A program made the position numbers and the translations under genes. Below the pieces are notes generated by a model. It did not search any database. It saw only the letters and a list, made by a program, of their open reading frames with translations, and was not told the DNA's origin. A stretch of 64,000 bases of DNA from Rhynchobatus australiae (taxonomy: Eukaryota): the NCBI GenBank assembly GCA_034780895.1, contig JAUZTB010000066.1, positions 22,940,963 to 23,004,962 of the forward strand, given 5' to 3'. Position 1 is the first letter of the stretch; each line of letters opens with the position of its first letter. This document shows, piece by piece, positions 1-12,645 of the stretch.

Positions 1-2524
1 CTTATTTCTGAACTAATGACAATGTAAGGAACAGAAAGGTGTCTTCTAGTTTTGTAAATTTGGCCTTTTATAATTCAATTTAATTCTAAGTTATTTAGGT
101 GCATTAAAACAAAATCAAGCTAAGTTTTTGAGTGTCTGATTTACTTACAGTGCCTGTGACCTGTTTTACAATATAAAAATATTCCAGTATTTGCTACGAA
201 GTAGAGAGAGATTTGTAATGTTGACTACTGAGTCCAATGATTAGCTGTGTTAAATATGAACTTAAAATGGATTTCTACAGTTTGGATTGCTTTAAGAGAT
301 GGAAGTTGGAGCCGACTATATGGCCCCTTGAGATCAATGTTACCAACTACAAAACTTGCAGTAAGTTGCCTGAGGGCTGCTTGCTGGAATGATGAAGCAT
401 GTTGCAGTATTTGACAAGGATCTCTTCTTGTAATTCTTCCATGTAGATGCTAGGTGGAGGCCGGGCCTTCTCCCTGAAGTCAAAAGCAGAATTGCATTTG
501 TAACATAATTCTATTGCATGCTTCTCTTTTAAGAGCGCTCTTTTCCTTGCTCTGTGAAATTTCCACAAATCTACCTCATGGCAGTAATCTCTTGTTGGAG
601 AACAAGGAAGAAAGAACCCTGACTCTTATCCGAGTGGCTGCAGTTGGAAGGTCATCAATGGAAGCCCTATAGTCATGTGGTCACAAAGGAGACATGGTTG
701 CATGGTGTTTTGCCTTGATAGTCAACTTCCATGGGTGAGCCCAGATAGTAGGTTGTGGATTTGAGTCCTTGAGATATAACACAGTTACTCTTAATATTGT
801 CCTTACTCTGTATATGCACTCCAGCAGGGGTCACTGAATAATAAATCAGGATGGCCAACCCAGGCTGTTATGTATCATCCTCTTCCCTTCTCCTCTCAGT
901 CCAGTGAACGATGAAGCCAATTCTAATGCACTGGATGAGATCAGCAAAGTCTAAGGATGGAACTTGTGTCATTTTGATCTCTTTGGCTCAGAACATCCCA
1001 CACCAACACACTCTTGCACATCGAAGGAGATTACTTTCAAAGGATTGGAGCGTGGTCAGCCTGCTCGGGTTACTATTTTGGACAAAGGCCACAGGGCTTT
1101 CTGACTTGAATGACGTCAGAAGACAGCTTGTTCTAGCCCTAATGACCTCTCCTGCTTAAACAGGCAATGTTGACTCACTGGGGAGAACAGAAAGGTGAAC
1201 TAATACAGATGCAGCTTAGAGCAGCTGACTCTGAGCAATAGTAAAAGTAGGAATTCACTGTGCTGCCAGACAGCAAGTCTCTCACTAGCACTATTTCTGA
1301 CTTGTTGGAGCTGTGCAATACTCAGCTGGAAGCTTCGGTGTTTAAATGCTTCAAAAATACTGCTATTAAAAAAAGTTCTGACAGATCTCTGAGTATGCCA
1401 GTAGTGATGGACAAGGTGCGACAGGTGATTACATTTAGGAATTCCTGACTTCCAAGGCATTAATTGCACCATACTAGCAGTGCCTCTTGGAGAACCACAT
1501 CACTCTAGTCCAGATGGCACATAATTACATTTCGACAGCTTTCACTCACAACTCATGCTGTTACTCGCTTTTCAGGCAAGATTTTTTTTCTGTTTCTCCT
1601 TCATTATCATAACGCGATATGTTCACAAGAATAATGAGTGGTAAGATTTGAAATTGCTGTTTCTACATTAACCAAAGATGGCAGTTAAATTCTTACACAT
1701 GGCACTAGTTCCTTTTGGAGAATGGATGTATTCGTCGACCTTTTGTACCACTGCCAATAAATGCTGCAATGCCTGTAGGGAGCTGGAGCATGCTTCATTG
1801 CAGAGAGGAGTAAGTGATGTTTGGCAGGCTCCTGTCTTTTAAACTTCCCTGCTCTTTGTCGTATATCTCCTAATTGCAAGTAACCACCGGCAAATTGCTT
1901 TGGCGGTGAATTTTTTTATGGACAGGCATTTATTTTTGAGCTGTACATCAGCGTGGACTCCACCTCAGGCATTATTTTTTAAAATAATGCTGCAATTTTC
2001 ACTCTGACACTTGCCGTAAGCATTGCATAAAATTTTAAAATGCATTTATATTTGAGTTGCATATTTCAGGTTTTTACCATCCATGCTTTACCTAACTGTG
2101 GACGTTGTGTGCAGTGTTGATAGTAGAAGGCGCTGCAGNNNNNNNNNNNNNNNNNNNNNNNNNNNNNNNNNNNNNNNTCTCCATTCAAACACATCAACAT
2201 TATGTTACCATAGAATATGGCTCAGATAATTGTACTGAGAAGTGTGCTGCTATTAAAGCAAAAAGAAAGAACTTGCATTTCTGTATCACATTGGATTTCC
2301 AGTGCAGCTACAGGCCATTCAGTCCAATTAACCTGCTCCAATTTAATGCTTCATTCCAGCCTCCTCACCTCTGCTTCACCCTCCATGTACATGCTTTTAT
2401 TCCTCCCTTCCTTGCACTGACCTCGCATTCCCTGAAGGCATCCATGCTACTTCCCTTAACTAATTCTAATAGCAGCAGGTTCTGCATTTTGATTATTGCT
2501 GCATATAGAAGCTGTTCACAATTT

Positions 2525-2695
2525 AAAATTGAAAATGCCGGAAACACTCAACAGGGCAGGCAGCATCTGTGGAAGGAGCTACGTGAACAGTCCTATACTT
2601 TCGCTTTCCATAGCTGCTGTCTGACCAGCTTAGCGTTCCCAGCATTTTCTATTTTTGTTTTTAGATTTCCAACATCTGCAGTTTTATTTGATCTT
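2525..2695. mobile_element. Penelope-type terminal fragments arranged as an imperfect inverted repeat
   Basis: GAAAATGCCGGAAACACTCAACAGGGCAGGCAGCATCTGTGGAAG pairs imperfectly with CTTTCCATAGCTGCTGTCTGACCAGCTTAGCGTTCCCAGCATTTTC. Related short copies at about 13868-13980, 27483-27592, 36886-36960, 47485-47580, 48508-48650 and 56352-56425. Confidence 0.65.
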
Positions 2696-3469
2696 CTTTT
2701 GTTGTAAAACTGTATTTATTAATGACAAACATTGTTTCTTCCACAAGTGGAAACATTTCTTTATCCATCCTTTCAAGTAACTTCATAATTTTAACGACTT
2801 AGATCTCCTTCAGTCTTCTCTTTCCCAGAAGAATGAGGGTCAGCCTGTGCAGTCTTGTAACTTTTGCATCCACAGGAAATCCCCAAATTCTTCACAGTGC
2901 TTGTGGTGGCTGTTGTTTTGTGGGAAACATAGCAGACAGTTTACACACACTCCCACAATAAATGACTTTGAGCAGCCAAATTAAATTAAATCTTGCAATT
3001 GTCTGCGTGGAAGTGCTTGGGTTCAATTCAAATTTCAGCATTTGGTACATTGTGCAGGCTGAGTACTTAAGAGTTATCCCAAGGGAGGTCTGTGGTGCCG
3101 GAGGCAGTATCTTTCTTTGAGGCACATCTGTCTGTTCAGGTGGGTCCCTGGGCAGATTTTGTTTTTTTGTGCCAGGGTGGTTAATAATTGTATTAACAGT
3201 AGGCACGGATTTTGAAGGAAGAGAATGAATTGCGTGTAAAGAAACCCCTATAATCTTTATTTATTAAAATTTTGGGCATTAAATATAGTAGGCTCTGCTA
3301 TGTAGGGTCGACACCGATTATTCCAAAATGCATGCTGCTCACTGAATACCAAAGCATCAACATGAGCGTTAGCTGGTTCTGCCACCTCTCCAAATTCCAG
3401 TGACAATTAAAACTCCAACAGCATTTGAAGAAGGGGTTGCATCTCTGTATTGAGGTTAACATTCCTTCC

Positions 3470-3600
3470 TGATCGGAGCATCCAGTTCATTTGCTCACTG
3501 TGGGGTCTTGCTGTGCACATTAGCCCTGTGTTTGCCCACATAACAGCAGTAACCGTACTTGCAAAAGGCAATTTATTGGTTAGTGGATGGCCTCGAGTGC
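3470..3600 (+). mobile_element. DeuSINE 3' fragment
   Basis: TGTGGGGTCTTGCTGTGCACATTAGCCCTGTGTTTGCCCACATAACAGCAGT matches the 3' part of the other copies. Confidence 0.5.
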
Positions 3601-5044
3601 CTGTCGGAATCTGGTTACACCAACTTCCAGTGAGAGATCAGACACTTGTCTGCTCAGTTGGTGTAGAGTTGTAGAAAAAAGAGCATAAGAGAGCAAATCA
3701 AAAGGCAAAACACCCCACTGTTAAAGAACTTCAAATACATTATTTAATCATATATTTGGCAGTAACCATGAAATACTAAGTTCAGAATCAAATAAAGTGA
3801 AGATAAAAAAAATCAGTCTTTTAAAACCCATCATGAGAAGATTTCACTGGATATACGGGGGCATTTGCAGTGAAATTCTGTTTTGTCAGCCCAGTATTTG
3901 TTCTGGTGTGTAGGGAGTGACTGTGCAGGAAATTTTCCCTGGCAGTTCCTCAACGGTTGGAATAACAACTCCTGATCGTGCATTCAGGATTTTCGGACTG
4001 AGTTTTTGGCTTTTCTGGTTCAGGATTTTTCTCCAGCACAGCCCGACGAGATGTTGGAAGGCACAGACTGGCCATCTTCCTTCCACATTGGGGTCTTTAG
4101 TATATACGTTATTTGGCTCCACGTTCCCAGAGAAACTCTGTTTCTTTTTCATGACATTCTGGGTGAAAGTGCCATCTTGCGGACAGACTGCAGGTGACAA
4201 ATGTCACAAGGCTTTATTCCACCAGAAACGTGAAGGGTGAAAACTTTCTTCAAAGGGTTGCCCAGTGGTGATAGTTACTGGGTGTAAAACCCTTTTTACA
4301 ATGTCACCAATTCATTGCCTTGACCTTGCAGGAAGTAGAAATAAAAAGAAACATGTTTCTACTGAAGGAACGCTAGGATCATGTGTTGTGGGATTTCAGC
4401 ATTCATTTTAATGGAAAATGAAGCCAAAAACAACCAGTGATTTGAATTTGCTTTTGGTGAAACATTAAAAGATTTCCATTTGATGGGAAAAAATATGGAG
4501 AAGTGGAAAACCAGAAAGTTTTGGCTCAAATATAGAGACGGCTGTAGACCCTCCATTTTGTTTGGCAGAAGCTTCAGACAGACTCCTTGCTTATTTATTA
4601 CTCATTTCTACAATATGCCGCTGTTAATTACTCACAGCTGTGCAGTGAACCTTAGTTAACAAGATTTACTACCTCGCAGCTTGCCTCTGTACATTATGAA
4701 TGCTAAATTTTAGGAGGATTGCTGTTACGATGTTTATTAGCGAACATGATTTTTAAGCCAAATAGCAACTTAGCCATGGTGCTTTGTAGTTTAAGGTTAG
4801 GCATACCATTCCTCCAGTTCTAATTCAGAGCCAACAAATGCAAAATTATCCCTTTTACACTTACAAAAATAATGTGTGTTCAAACACTACTGTAACTAAA
4901 ATTGTCTGGGTGTGGTCATGATAAATTCTCTTTGTGCAAAGTGAAAATTGGTGCAAAATAATACTCCTCTCTTCATTGCACATGAAGAGGTGTACCAAGC
5001 TTGACTGAAATTGAGGTCAAATTTTAACTCGTTGATTGAATCAA

Positions 5045-5465
5045 TGAATGAGAAGACAAGGTTAACTTATTTTTCTATGATAAATCTACCTGGTCTCTAT
5101 ATGTTGTAGTGTCCTCTGCATACTATATGCTGGAGTGCTACTTGTGTTCATCTGCATCAGTGCTATGTGGGATTTTGCAATGCTATCTTGGCTCTCTGTG
5201 ACTTCTTCTGTAAGTCAAGAAGAACCTCCCACACTGGCATCCAGCCAGTCAATCTTGTCAATGGCCCTGCAGAGAAATGAGGTGCCTCCTACAACAGATA
5301 TTAATGGGCAAGTTGATACAATGTGTCCCATGATTTAGGATTCAGGCCACAGTTGCACGTTGGGTCAATTGAGCATCTTCCATTTGGGGACCAGTTGGCC
5401 ACAGAGAACATGGCCCATGCAGATTCTATGGAGAGCTATCCACTGTCTTCAATGGTGAGTGAAGT
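5045..5465 (-). mobile_element. Probable Tx1/L1-type fragment
   Basis: T-rich tail at 5068-5075; the minus strand has remnants resembling a C-terminal zinc-binding region. Weak. Confidence 0.35.
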
Positions 5466-5489
5466 CAGGGACCTTGCTCTGGAGTCAGT

Positions 5490-5762
5490 GATGAGACATA
5501 GTGATCATCTTACTGGATTAGAAGGCAGATTTTTGGGCAACTGATTCAGAAGGATGAGTTCAAATCCCACCATGTCAGCTGGAGAATTTAAATTGAACTA
5601 ATTAAATAAATGTGGATTTAACTTGGAAATGGTAACCTTAAAATTGTTATAAAATCCCATCTTTTCCAAGCTTGGCCGATATGTTTTTTACAGACCCATC
5701 AATTTGGTTGACTCTTAATGGCCACTTCAAGATCAGGGGCAATTAGGGATAGACAATAAATT
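5490..5762 (+). mobile_element. tRNA-derived SINE sharing a LINE-type 3' tail (GGGCAATTAGGGAT..CAATAAAT)
   Basis: B-box-like GAGTTCAAATCCCACC; tail similar to the LINE end at 10740-10815; reverse copies at about 21230-21550 and 37115-37320. Confidence 0.65.
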
Positions 5763-8199
5763 TAAAACAGATTCCCTTTATTGGAAATGCTCCATAGTTC
5801 TTTCAATTTGGAAAGTGAGTTAGTTGTCTGTGCCTGTGATTTTGCCAAGTTTTTGTGAATGGGGAGGTTGGTGTTCATGAGCTTTTGTGGAGGGAGTTGG
5901 AATTGTGGCGAATAACAGGCAGGGCAACATGGGCCAGCACTTAGAAGAACTTAGTGTAGCAGGCTTCAGGGGATCCCTGGTCAGTGCCCTCAAGGTGGCA
6001 TTTAGTTGCACATCTATTAACTGTGTGGGATTCCCAAACGTGCAGTATTCTGCAGCAGAGTGCACAAAGGCCCATGTCGTCACGTGATGTATTCTGGTCG
6101 TGCTCCATGATACTCCAGTAAAGATTCAGTACAAGGTTCATCTCGATTTAAAGTCTTTCTTGGTTTTTAGGTGGGTTTCTCTCCTCCCAGCCTCACCTAT
6201 CTTGTGAGCCGCACCCCCCCCCCCAGGTATTTTGGATGAGGTTCATGGGGAGACTGTCTTGCACATAAATTCTTTCCAGTATCCATGCTGTTGGACATTA
6301 TTTTGCTTGTAGGCTATCTTGGTTATATTGTTGTTTATCTATTGTATTTCCAGCAGAAAGTGTTAGCTGAAAAACAGAGTGTAAACCTGTATTCTATCAC
6401 TCCCGGGGAGTGCAGCTCCCTGCTAGAATTATGGAATTAGCACTTGAATGCTGTACTGACTATATTTGCCAGAGCCCTTTCTGGGCTCTGTAGCATCTGT
6501 TAAATTTAGTTAAATTAAACTAGAAAAGACTTCAGAGCTTCAAAATGTGCTGATTGCCAATTAGGAATTTCAGCTGGGCTTTGTGTAGTTGTCAATCATA
6601 CGCTCCAGACCAGGGGGAGCTGTGGAGGTTCTGTACTGAACTGCAGCTACAGAATTACGCTAATAATCCATCTCTCCTCAAAAAAGGAAACAAGTTATCA
6701 GATGGAAAAGTCTCTATGCATTCATCCCGATCTTGAATATTTAGCCAAGGTTACTGGTAATGTTTTTGCATGATTCTCTTACTCTTTGTTGTTGGAGTGG
6801 TGTGGTTTCAATGTTAGTCCTTTCGACCAGAGCTGTTCCATCTCAGGGTCCTTGGGAAGTCTTAACTAACCATTCTGATGGTTTCAGAAAGCTGTGTATA
6901 ACCACCAGCATCTTCCAAACAGTAAAAAAAATTGGCAGATTTATTCCATTACAATCATTCCGAGCAAAACTGGCAAGACTCATGCTTTGCATCTGCAAAT
7001 GCGAATTTTTTTTTTGTCAGTGCAAGCAGAACATTGACTGTCGGTCAAAGTGAGCAGTAATTTTGTTTGAAGAATTTGTTAAGTGGCTTTGGCTCAATGC
7101 ACAGGTGCACTTTATCATTCTTTTCATTACTGCTGCCACTGAAGCGGCCCTAGTCATTCAGCAGAACTTCCTATCAACAGGCTTAGTTTTGCTGAGTTTT
7201 CTCAGTTGGATTGTTTCTTGACTGCCAATTTTATAGATTGGACCCTGGGGCTAATTTGAAGTCAGAGAAAGCCACCTAATTTCCCCTCACCCTCGAAAAT
7301 ATCCAGACACTTCACTGCTAATCCTCTTTAGTAGGTTTTGATGGACTATCCATCATTATCATCTCCTCCTGGATCAGTGTCAGGAAGTTGCCTATTTTGA
7401 ATGACTGTAACACCTATAGAACTATTTGAAATGATGCTGGAACACTTGTTTTTTGTGCTTTAATATCTCTCCTGTTTCTCTACAGTTGAAACAGTTTGCT
7501 GTATTCAAGATGTGGTCTGACAATAAAGTTTGATCATTGCTTCTCTTGCTTTGGCTGTATAGCTCCAGATCTTGTTGACTTTGTCGATCTCTGTACTGTA
7601 CTGACTGGACATTTAAATTTATCAAGCTTTCTTGGCCTCTTTTGGCTTCATCATTGGTACTGCTCATAAACTATTGAAGTGGATCTGTTGCATCTTGCCC
7701 TCTAAAACTGTGTGTTGTCTGCTTCATTACTGAGTCTGTCCTTAAAGAATTTGCCTGACTTTCTGAATCTGTCTCTTCTATGGACACTCCTGGTGTGATA
7801 TCATCTGAAAGTACTAACAATTTGGAATGAGCTTGAGGTTACTGATTTAAATTAGGAAATGTCCTGGTTACATGTTTAAGCCTGTGACATCCCCTCTCCT
7901 TGGTCCCCCTACCACATCACCCCTCTAAGTTAAAGAGAATATAGTTTTGTCACCTTTGCAATTTTCTTCTTAATGCTTAGGATTGGCTCTGAAACTTATT
8001 CAAATGTGTGGAATTTTATTGTTTGGAACTCAAGGTTCCCTACATTATAGGGCTTAGTCTGACCAGCTTAAGGGTATCACTTCCTTGAAGAAGTCAAAGA
8101 GATGTGATCTTTCCCTTTAAGTTCATGCCATCTGCTATAAACTTTAATATTGTCATATAACCCCCCCCCCCCTTTAATTAAGGCCATTTCTCTCCTGGA

Positions 8200-9632
8200 A
8201 GAGAGGTTTGTCCAGTTCAGGCAGTGATCAGTTAGCTAACAAGAAGAGGAGGTTTCATGAATGTTCCTATCTCAACAGTGATGGAAATGAAGGACAAATG
8301 CAAAAGATAAAGCTGATCATGATATCAGCAATATCAAGGAACATCTCAGAGCTCTGGAGGCAGCATGGATCTCAAGAACAACCCAGCCCTGGTGTTTAAC
8401 ACTTGTGCTGCAGGAATTACCACAACAATGCAGACACAGATTATAGGCGTTCACTAAATTATAATGGTAATTTGCCCAAGTATGTCATGTATGTAAAAGC
8501 AGGGGAAGGATATACTTGTCAGTCATTTCTCTCTGAGTAAAGTGGTGGAAGGGGGTGTCTAACAATGCCAACAACTCAGTGAAAATAACTTAAGTTTCTT
8601 GCCGATGTGACAGTAACATTGCCAATTTAATGTGTTTGTACTGATTGCGATGATTACTCTCTTACGGGTACACTGTACCGGCTTACTTTCCCCTCTACTC
8701 AAACTTGCCAATAAACTGCACACCAATCTCAGTGGATTTTGTCAAAACCAATTGTCTCTGGACCTCAGTACAATCTTAAAGCAAATATGGATAAAAGAGC
8801 AGGATTCTTTTCAGGTGAGGTGGCAATGCTCGCCCCTGATGTCAAGCCAGCATTTGAGTGTCATCAAAATTAGGAAGAAAATTGTGGCTTGGCAGGAGTC
8901 ATGCCTTACACTAGAGAAGATAGTTGTGGTTGCTGGATGTCAATTATCTCCAGGACACAGATGATCAAGGCATCTTCCCAGGCCTAGGCATCAGCTGCTT
9001 CAACAATATCTGCTCTGTCCAAGCCTGAAGAGGGAAAGTTTGCTTATTTCCAGTTTTATTCCAACATATTCATGAATGGGCTGATAAGCATCAAATACAT
9101 TCCATTCCACAAGGAACTGCCACCTCCAACAAGAAGAGAATCAAGCTACCTATTCTTGATGTTCAGCAACATTTCCTTTGTTGAATCTCTCATCAGCAAC
9201 ATCCAAGGGTCACCACTGGTCAGAAACTTAACTGTATCTGCCACATAAATATTGTGGCCACATAAACAGGTAAGAAGCTAGATAGTGATTTACCACAACC
9301 TAAAGGTACAAAGTTGGAGTGCACTGGTACATCCTGCACTTGCCTGGATGAATGGTCAAAAACTCAGTTCTACTCAGGATAAATTATCTCCCACTCCCCA
9401 CTTTTAAATATTCACCCTCTCCACCAGCAGCATACCTTAGCTGTGTTGTGTACCTTCGATGGGATATATTGTAGCAATTCAGCAAGAGTTACATGAGAGC
9501 ATCTTCCAAACCTCCTACCTCCACCACCAAGAAGTACAATGGTGACAGGTACCAGCAAGGTCCCCTCAAGTTCCATTCTAACTTCCATATATGTTGCCAA
9601 TCCTTCATTCTTGCTGGGTCCAATTCCTGGTG
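8200..9632 (+). mobile_element. Decayed CR1/L2-group LINE ORF2 and 3' region (5' part of an interrupted copy)
   Basis: Degenerate RT motifs (CCTGATGTCAAGCCAGCATTTGA, approx. LDxKxAFD; GGAGTCATGCCTTACACTAGAGAAGATAGTTGTGGTT, approx. WxxSYLxxRxxxVVV). The 3' end is colinear with the copy at 13525-13700. Confidence 0.65.
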
Positions 9633-9639
9633 TATTGGT

Positions 9640-10700
9640 ATCAGAACACATTCCTCTGTGGGTTTTCAAGCAAAGCTCAGCCATCACACCAAAAGTTCTT
9701 TCAGTCTGTCTCATCACAGTACTACCCCTCATCTCCACAAGCTTCCCACAGGAGAACATCTAATCTACAGGACAAATGGGAAACTGTTCAACCTATGTCA
9801 CCTCCAGTCCAGACCCAGGTCCCCTGAGTTTCAGTCATTGAGCTGCAGTACGCACCCGATGCTTGTGTATGTACACATTTGGAAGAGGTGCTAAGGTCGA
9901 CAAAGGTTGTCTAATAATCTGTCCCAGCAGTACTATCCTCCACCATTAGACCGAGCAAAACAGGAGTCTCTTTCCATACAACAGAAAGCACATCTCACTG
10001 ATGAAATTCGCCATTGCCTTCAATGCACCAGTATAGCCTTTGGCGTTGTGAGGGAAAGAATGAATGGAGATTAAGACCATACTCGGCACAAAGCCCATGG
10101 ACTATTGGGCAGCTATGATCCCCACCCTCCAATACGCTTCTGAGACATAGAGTCTATACACAGGTGCAAAGAATTAGAGAGGTCCCATCAATTCTATCTC
10201 TCTACAAGATCCTCCAGATCCACTGTCGGGATAAGTGAACCAATGTTAGCATCCTCTCCAGGCCAACGTCCCCGCCATTAATGACTTATTTACACTTAGC
10301 ATTGATGGCCACATCACTCAGACACCAACATCAGACCTCTGAAGCAGACACACTATTTCTGAGCTCTCACGACAAGAGATTACCAGGTGGAGAGAAGAAA
10401 CAATTTAAGGATTGTATGGAAAAAACATGACATCCTCACCAACTCCTGGGAATCCCTGGCACATGACAACTCAAAATAGAGAAGGAACATTCAGAGAGGC
10501 AATGAGAGCTTCTCTCTATGTGGGGAATACATAGAATCCCAATGTAAATAGTGGAATGATCACACCACCTCCCAAACTAAATCCCATCTAGCACCTCCTA
10601 ACCAGGATCTGTGAATCCCTCAGTTGCCTCATCAGTCACTTCAGAGCCCACAGAGCTGGAGTGTAACATGATCCTTGACCCCAAGAGACTACTAAAGGGA
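9640..10700 (+). mobile_element. Decayed RTE-clade (BovB-like) LINE fragment
   Basis: LIYRTNGKLFNLCHLQSR followed, after a frameshift, by VIELQYAPD. This resembles the RTE RT motif YRTDGKLFNLRRLQ...LQYADD. Confidence 0.75.
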
Positions 10701-10709
10701 AAGTGAGTA

Positions 10710-10818
10710 AATACACAAGCAGTCAAGAAAGCAACTCATCACTACCATTACTAGAGATTGGCAATAAATGCTGGCCTTGCCAGCAATTCTCACATCCTAT
10801 GTATATTTAAAGAAAAGG
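10710..10818 (+). mobile_element. 3' tail of the interrupted CR1/L2-group LINE
   Basis: GCAGTCAAGAAAGCAACTCATCACTACC...GGCAATAAATGCTGGCCTTGCCAGC...CACATCCTATG followed by an A-rich end. Confidence 0.7.
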
Positions 10819-11383
10819 GCAAAATTAATGTGTATGTACTCTAAAACATTCCAGGAACTTCAGTGAATTACTGCCACAACTAACGTTATACAATATTTTC
10901 TATTCAATAGAGTTCCAATACAGAGCCATTTGAACTAGATTAGACCTGACAGCCATTTAAATACTACTTGATTACTGATACAAAAAATAATGATGAGTGT
11001 AACTTTGCATCCATATTCATGCACTAGCCTTGGTGTTTTATGACTGACAGCTGTACTTGTTGAAGTTGTAATTAATAAAGAGTTGTTGTGCCATCTCTCC
11101 CTGTGTTGCAGAGCTGTTTACTGCCCAGGTTTGCTGTATGTGCACTGCTGTGCTCATTGACAGCGGCATGTCAATCTGGCTGAGTGGGGTGAAATTCGTG
11201 ATGTATTAACCTGGCCTTCCAGGACTATGGATGTGGGGAGCTGAACAATGAATTCAGCGAATATGACCTGCATTACCCATTTCTTTTCAGAGTCTCCATA
11301 GATTTGTTTCTATTTATGGCAGAAGAATAACTGGATGGTTTATAAGGTGAAAGGTGGGGTTGGAATGAACTAGGCTAAAGCTC

Positions 11384-11425
<42 letters not shown>
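11384..11425. repeat. Compound microsatellite (TG)n(AG)n
   Basis: About 9 TG units followed directly by about 12 AG units. Confidence 0.97.
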
Positions 11426-11439
11426 CAGGGTAGGAGGGG

Positions 11440-11800
11440 TAGCAGGCTGACAATTGGCAGCTGCTATTTAATGTAGCTAAGTGTAAAGTCATGCTTTTAG
11501 GGATGTGAAATAAGCAGAGGGATTATAGGATTAATGAAAAAATACTGATAAGAGATGAAAAGGATCTGGAATCGGAGTAGATAGTTTGCTCAGCCATCAA
11601 ATCAATGTTGGACAGCTGTCGAGGAAGCAATGTTAGTTATATGGAAAGTAGATTAGAGTGTAGATTGAGGGATTTTATCTTGCCACAGTGTAGGCTCTTA
11701 GTCAGATCTCAACTGGAGTATTGAGTCCAGTCTTGGATCTCTCGCTGTAGAAAGATATAGCTGAACTAATTAAGGTGGAGGTGAAAGATACTGGAATAAT
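11440..11800 (+). mobile_element. CR1 LINE RT fragment
   Basis: Translates to ADNWQLLFNVAKCKVM and LVRSQLEYxVQ...RKDIxxLxKV, typical CR1 ORF2 motifs, with stops. Confidence 0.75.
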
Positions 11801-12303
11801 ATGAAAATTAAATATAACGGCACACTGACTCAAAATCTGGATTTACTCATTAGGAGGCAGAGATTGATTCAAACAATGCAGTTATAGCTAAGACAGGGTC
11901 AGTCAGGCATGCTGAATTTAGTACTGGGTGGCAGAGTAAGGGGACAGACACACATGCTGAAAAATGAGTTGATTGAAATGGAATATGAGAAACTAAAGTT
12001 TGCTGCAGTGGTGGTTGGTTATTGCGTGAATTTACCAAGGAAGGATTATTCTGTGGCTAGGAGCTTATCCTTACCTGTGTGTCAGCTCAGACAGTAAAGG
12101 TCAGATTTTGCAGGTTCATCTAGCTTAACCCCAACATTTAACTGTTTGAAGTAATTGGCTGTTACCATGTTAAAATAATGTTGATCAGAGTGCCTAGGCT
12201 TGAGTGTCGCTGGATATATTTGGCTTCCCAGGATTATATTAGCTGAGTTCAACCCTTTTGCTGACAACATCTCACTCAGTCACATTTTCCAACAGAGCAA
12301 ATA

Positions 12304-12645
12304 GGGTGACACGATGACATAGCTAGTAGAGCTGCTGCCTCACGGCTCCAGCAACCCAGGTTCAATCCTGACCTGCGGGGATGTCTGTGTGGAGTCTGCA
12401 CGTTCTTCCTGTGACTGCGTGGGTTTCCTTTGGGTGGTCTGGTTTCCTACCACATCCCAAAGATGTGCAGGTTGGTAGGTTAGTTGGCCGCTGCAAATTG
12501 TCACTAGTACCTAGGGGTGTAGTAGAACCTGGGGGAATTTGGTAGGAACATGGGAAGAATGAAATAGGATTAGTATGGAATTTATGTAAATGGGTGCATG
12601 ATGACTGGTCTGGGCCAAAGGGCCTTTTTCTGTGCTGTGTGACTG
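12304..12645 (+). mobile_element. tRNA-derived SINE, HE1/V-SINE type, near full length
   Basis: tRNA-like head with B-box GGTTCAATCC (12359-12368); V-domain-like core TGTGTGGAGTCTGCACGTTCTTCCTGTGACTGCGTGGGTTTCC...CACATCCCAAAGA; CR1-like tail TGGGCCAAAGGGCCT..TCTGTGCTGT. Confidence 0.85.

Noticed and set aside
7466-7535. Strong acceptor ctctcctgtttctctacag as a candidate for the missing AUTS2 exon 6
   Set aside because: The downstream translation does not resemble ASDASSEKLFN and no phase-1 GT donor follows. Other strong acceptors near 40139, 42865 and 45357 also give no AUTS2-like peptide.
6214-8173. Poly-C runs at about 6214 and 8161
   Set aside because: Simple homopolymers with no supporting context.
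12304-12380. tRNA-like sequence with A/B boxes
   Set aside because: It is the head of a SINE, followed by the SINE core and LINE tail; no intact cloverleaf.
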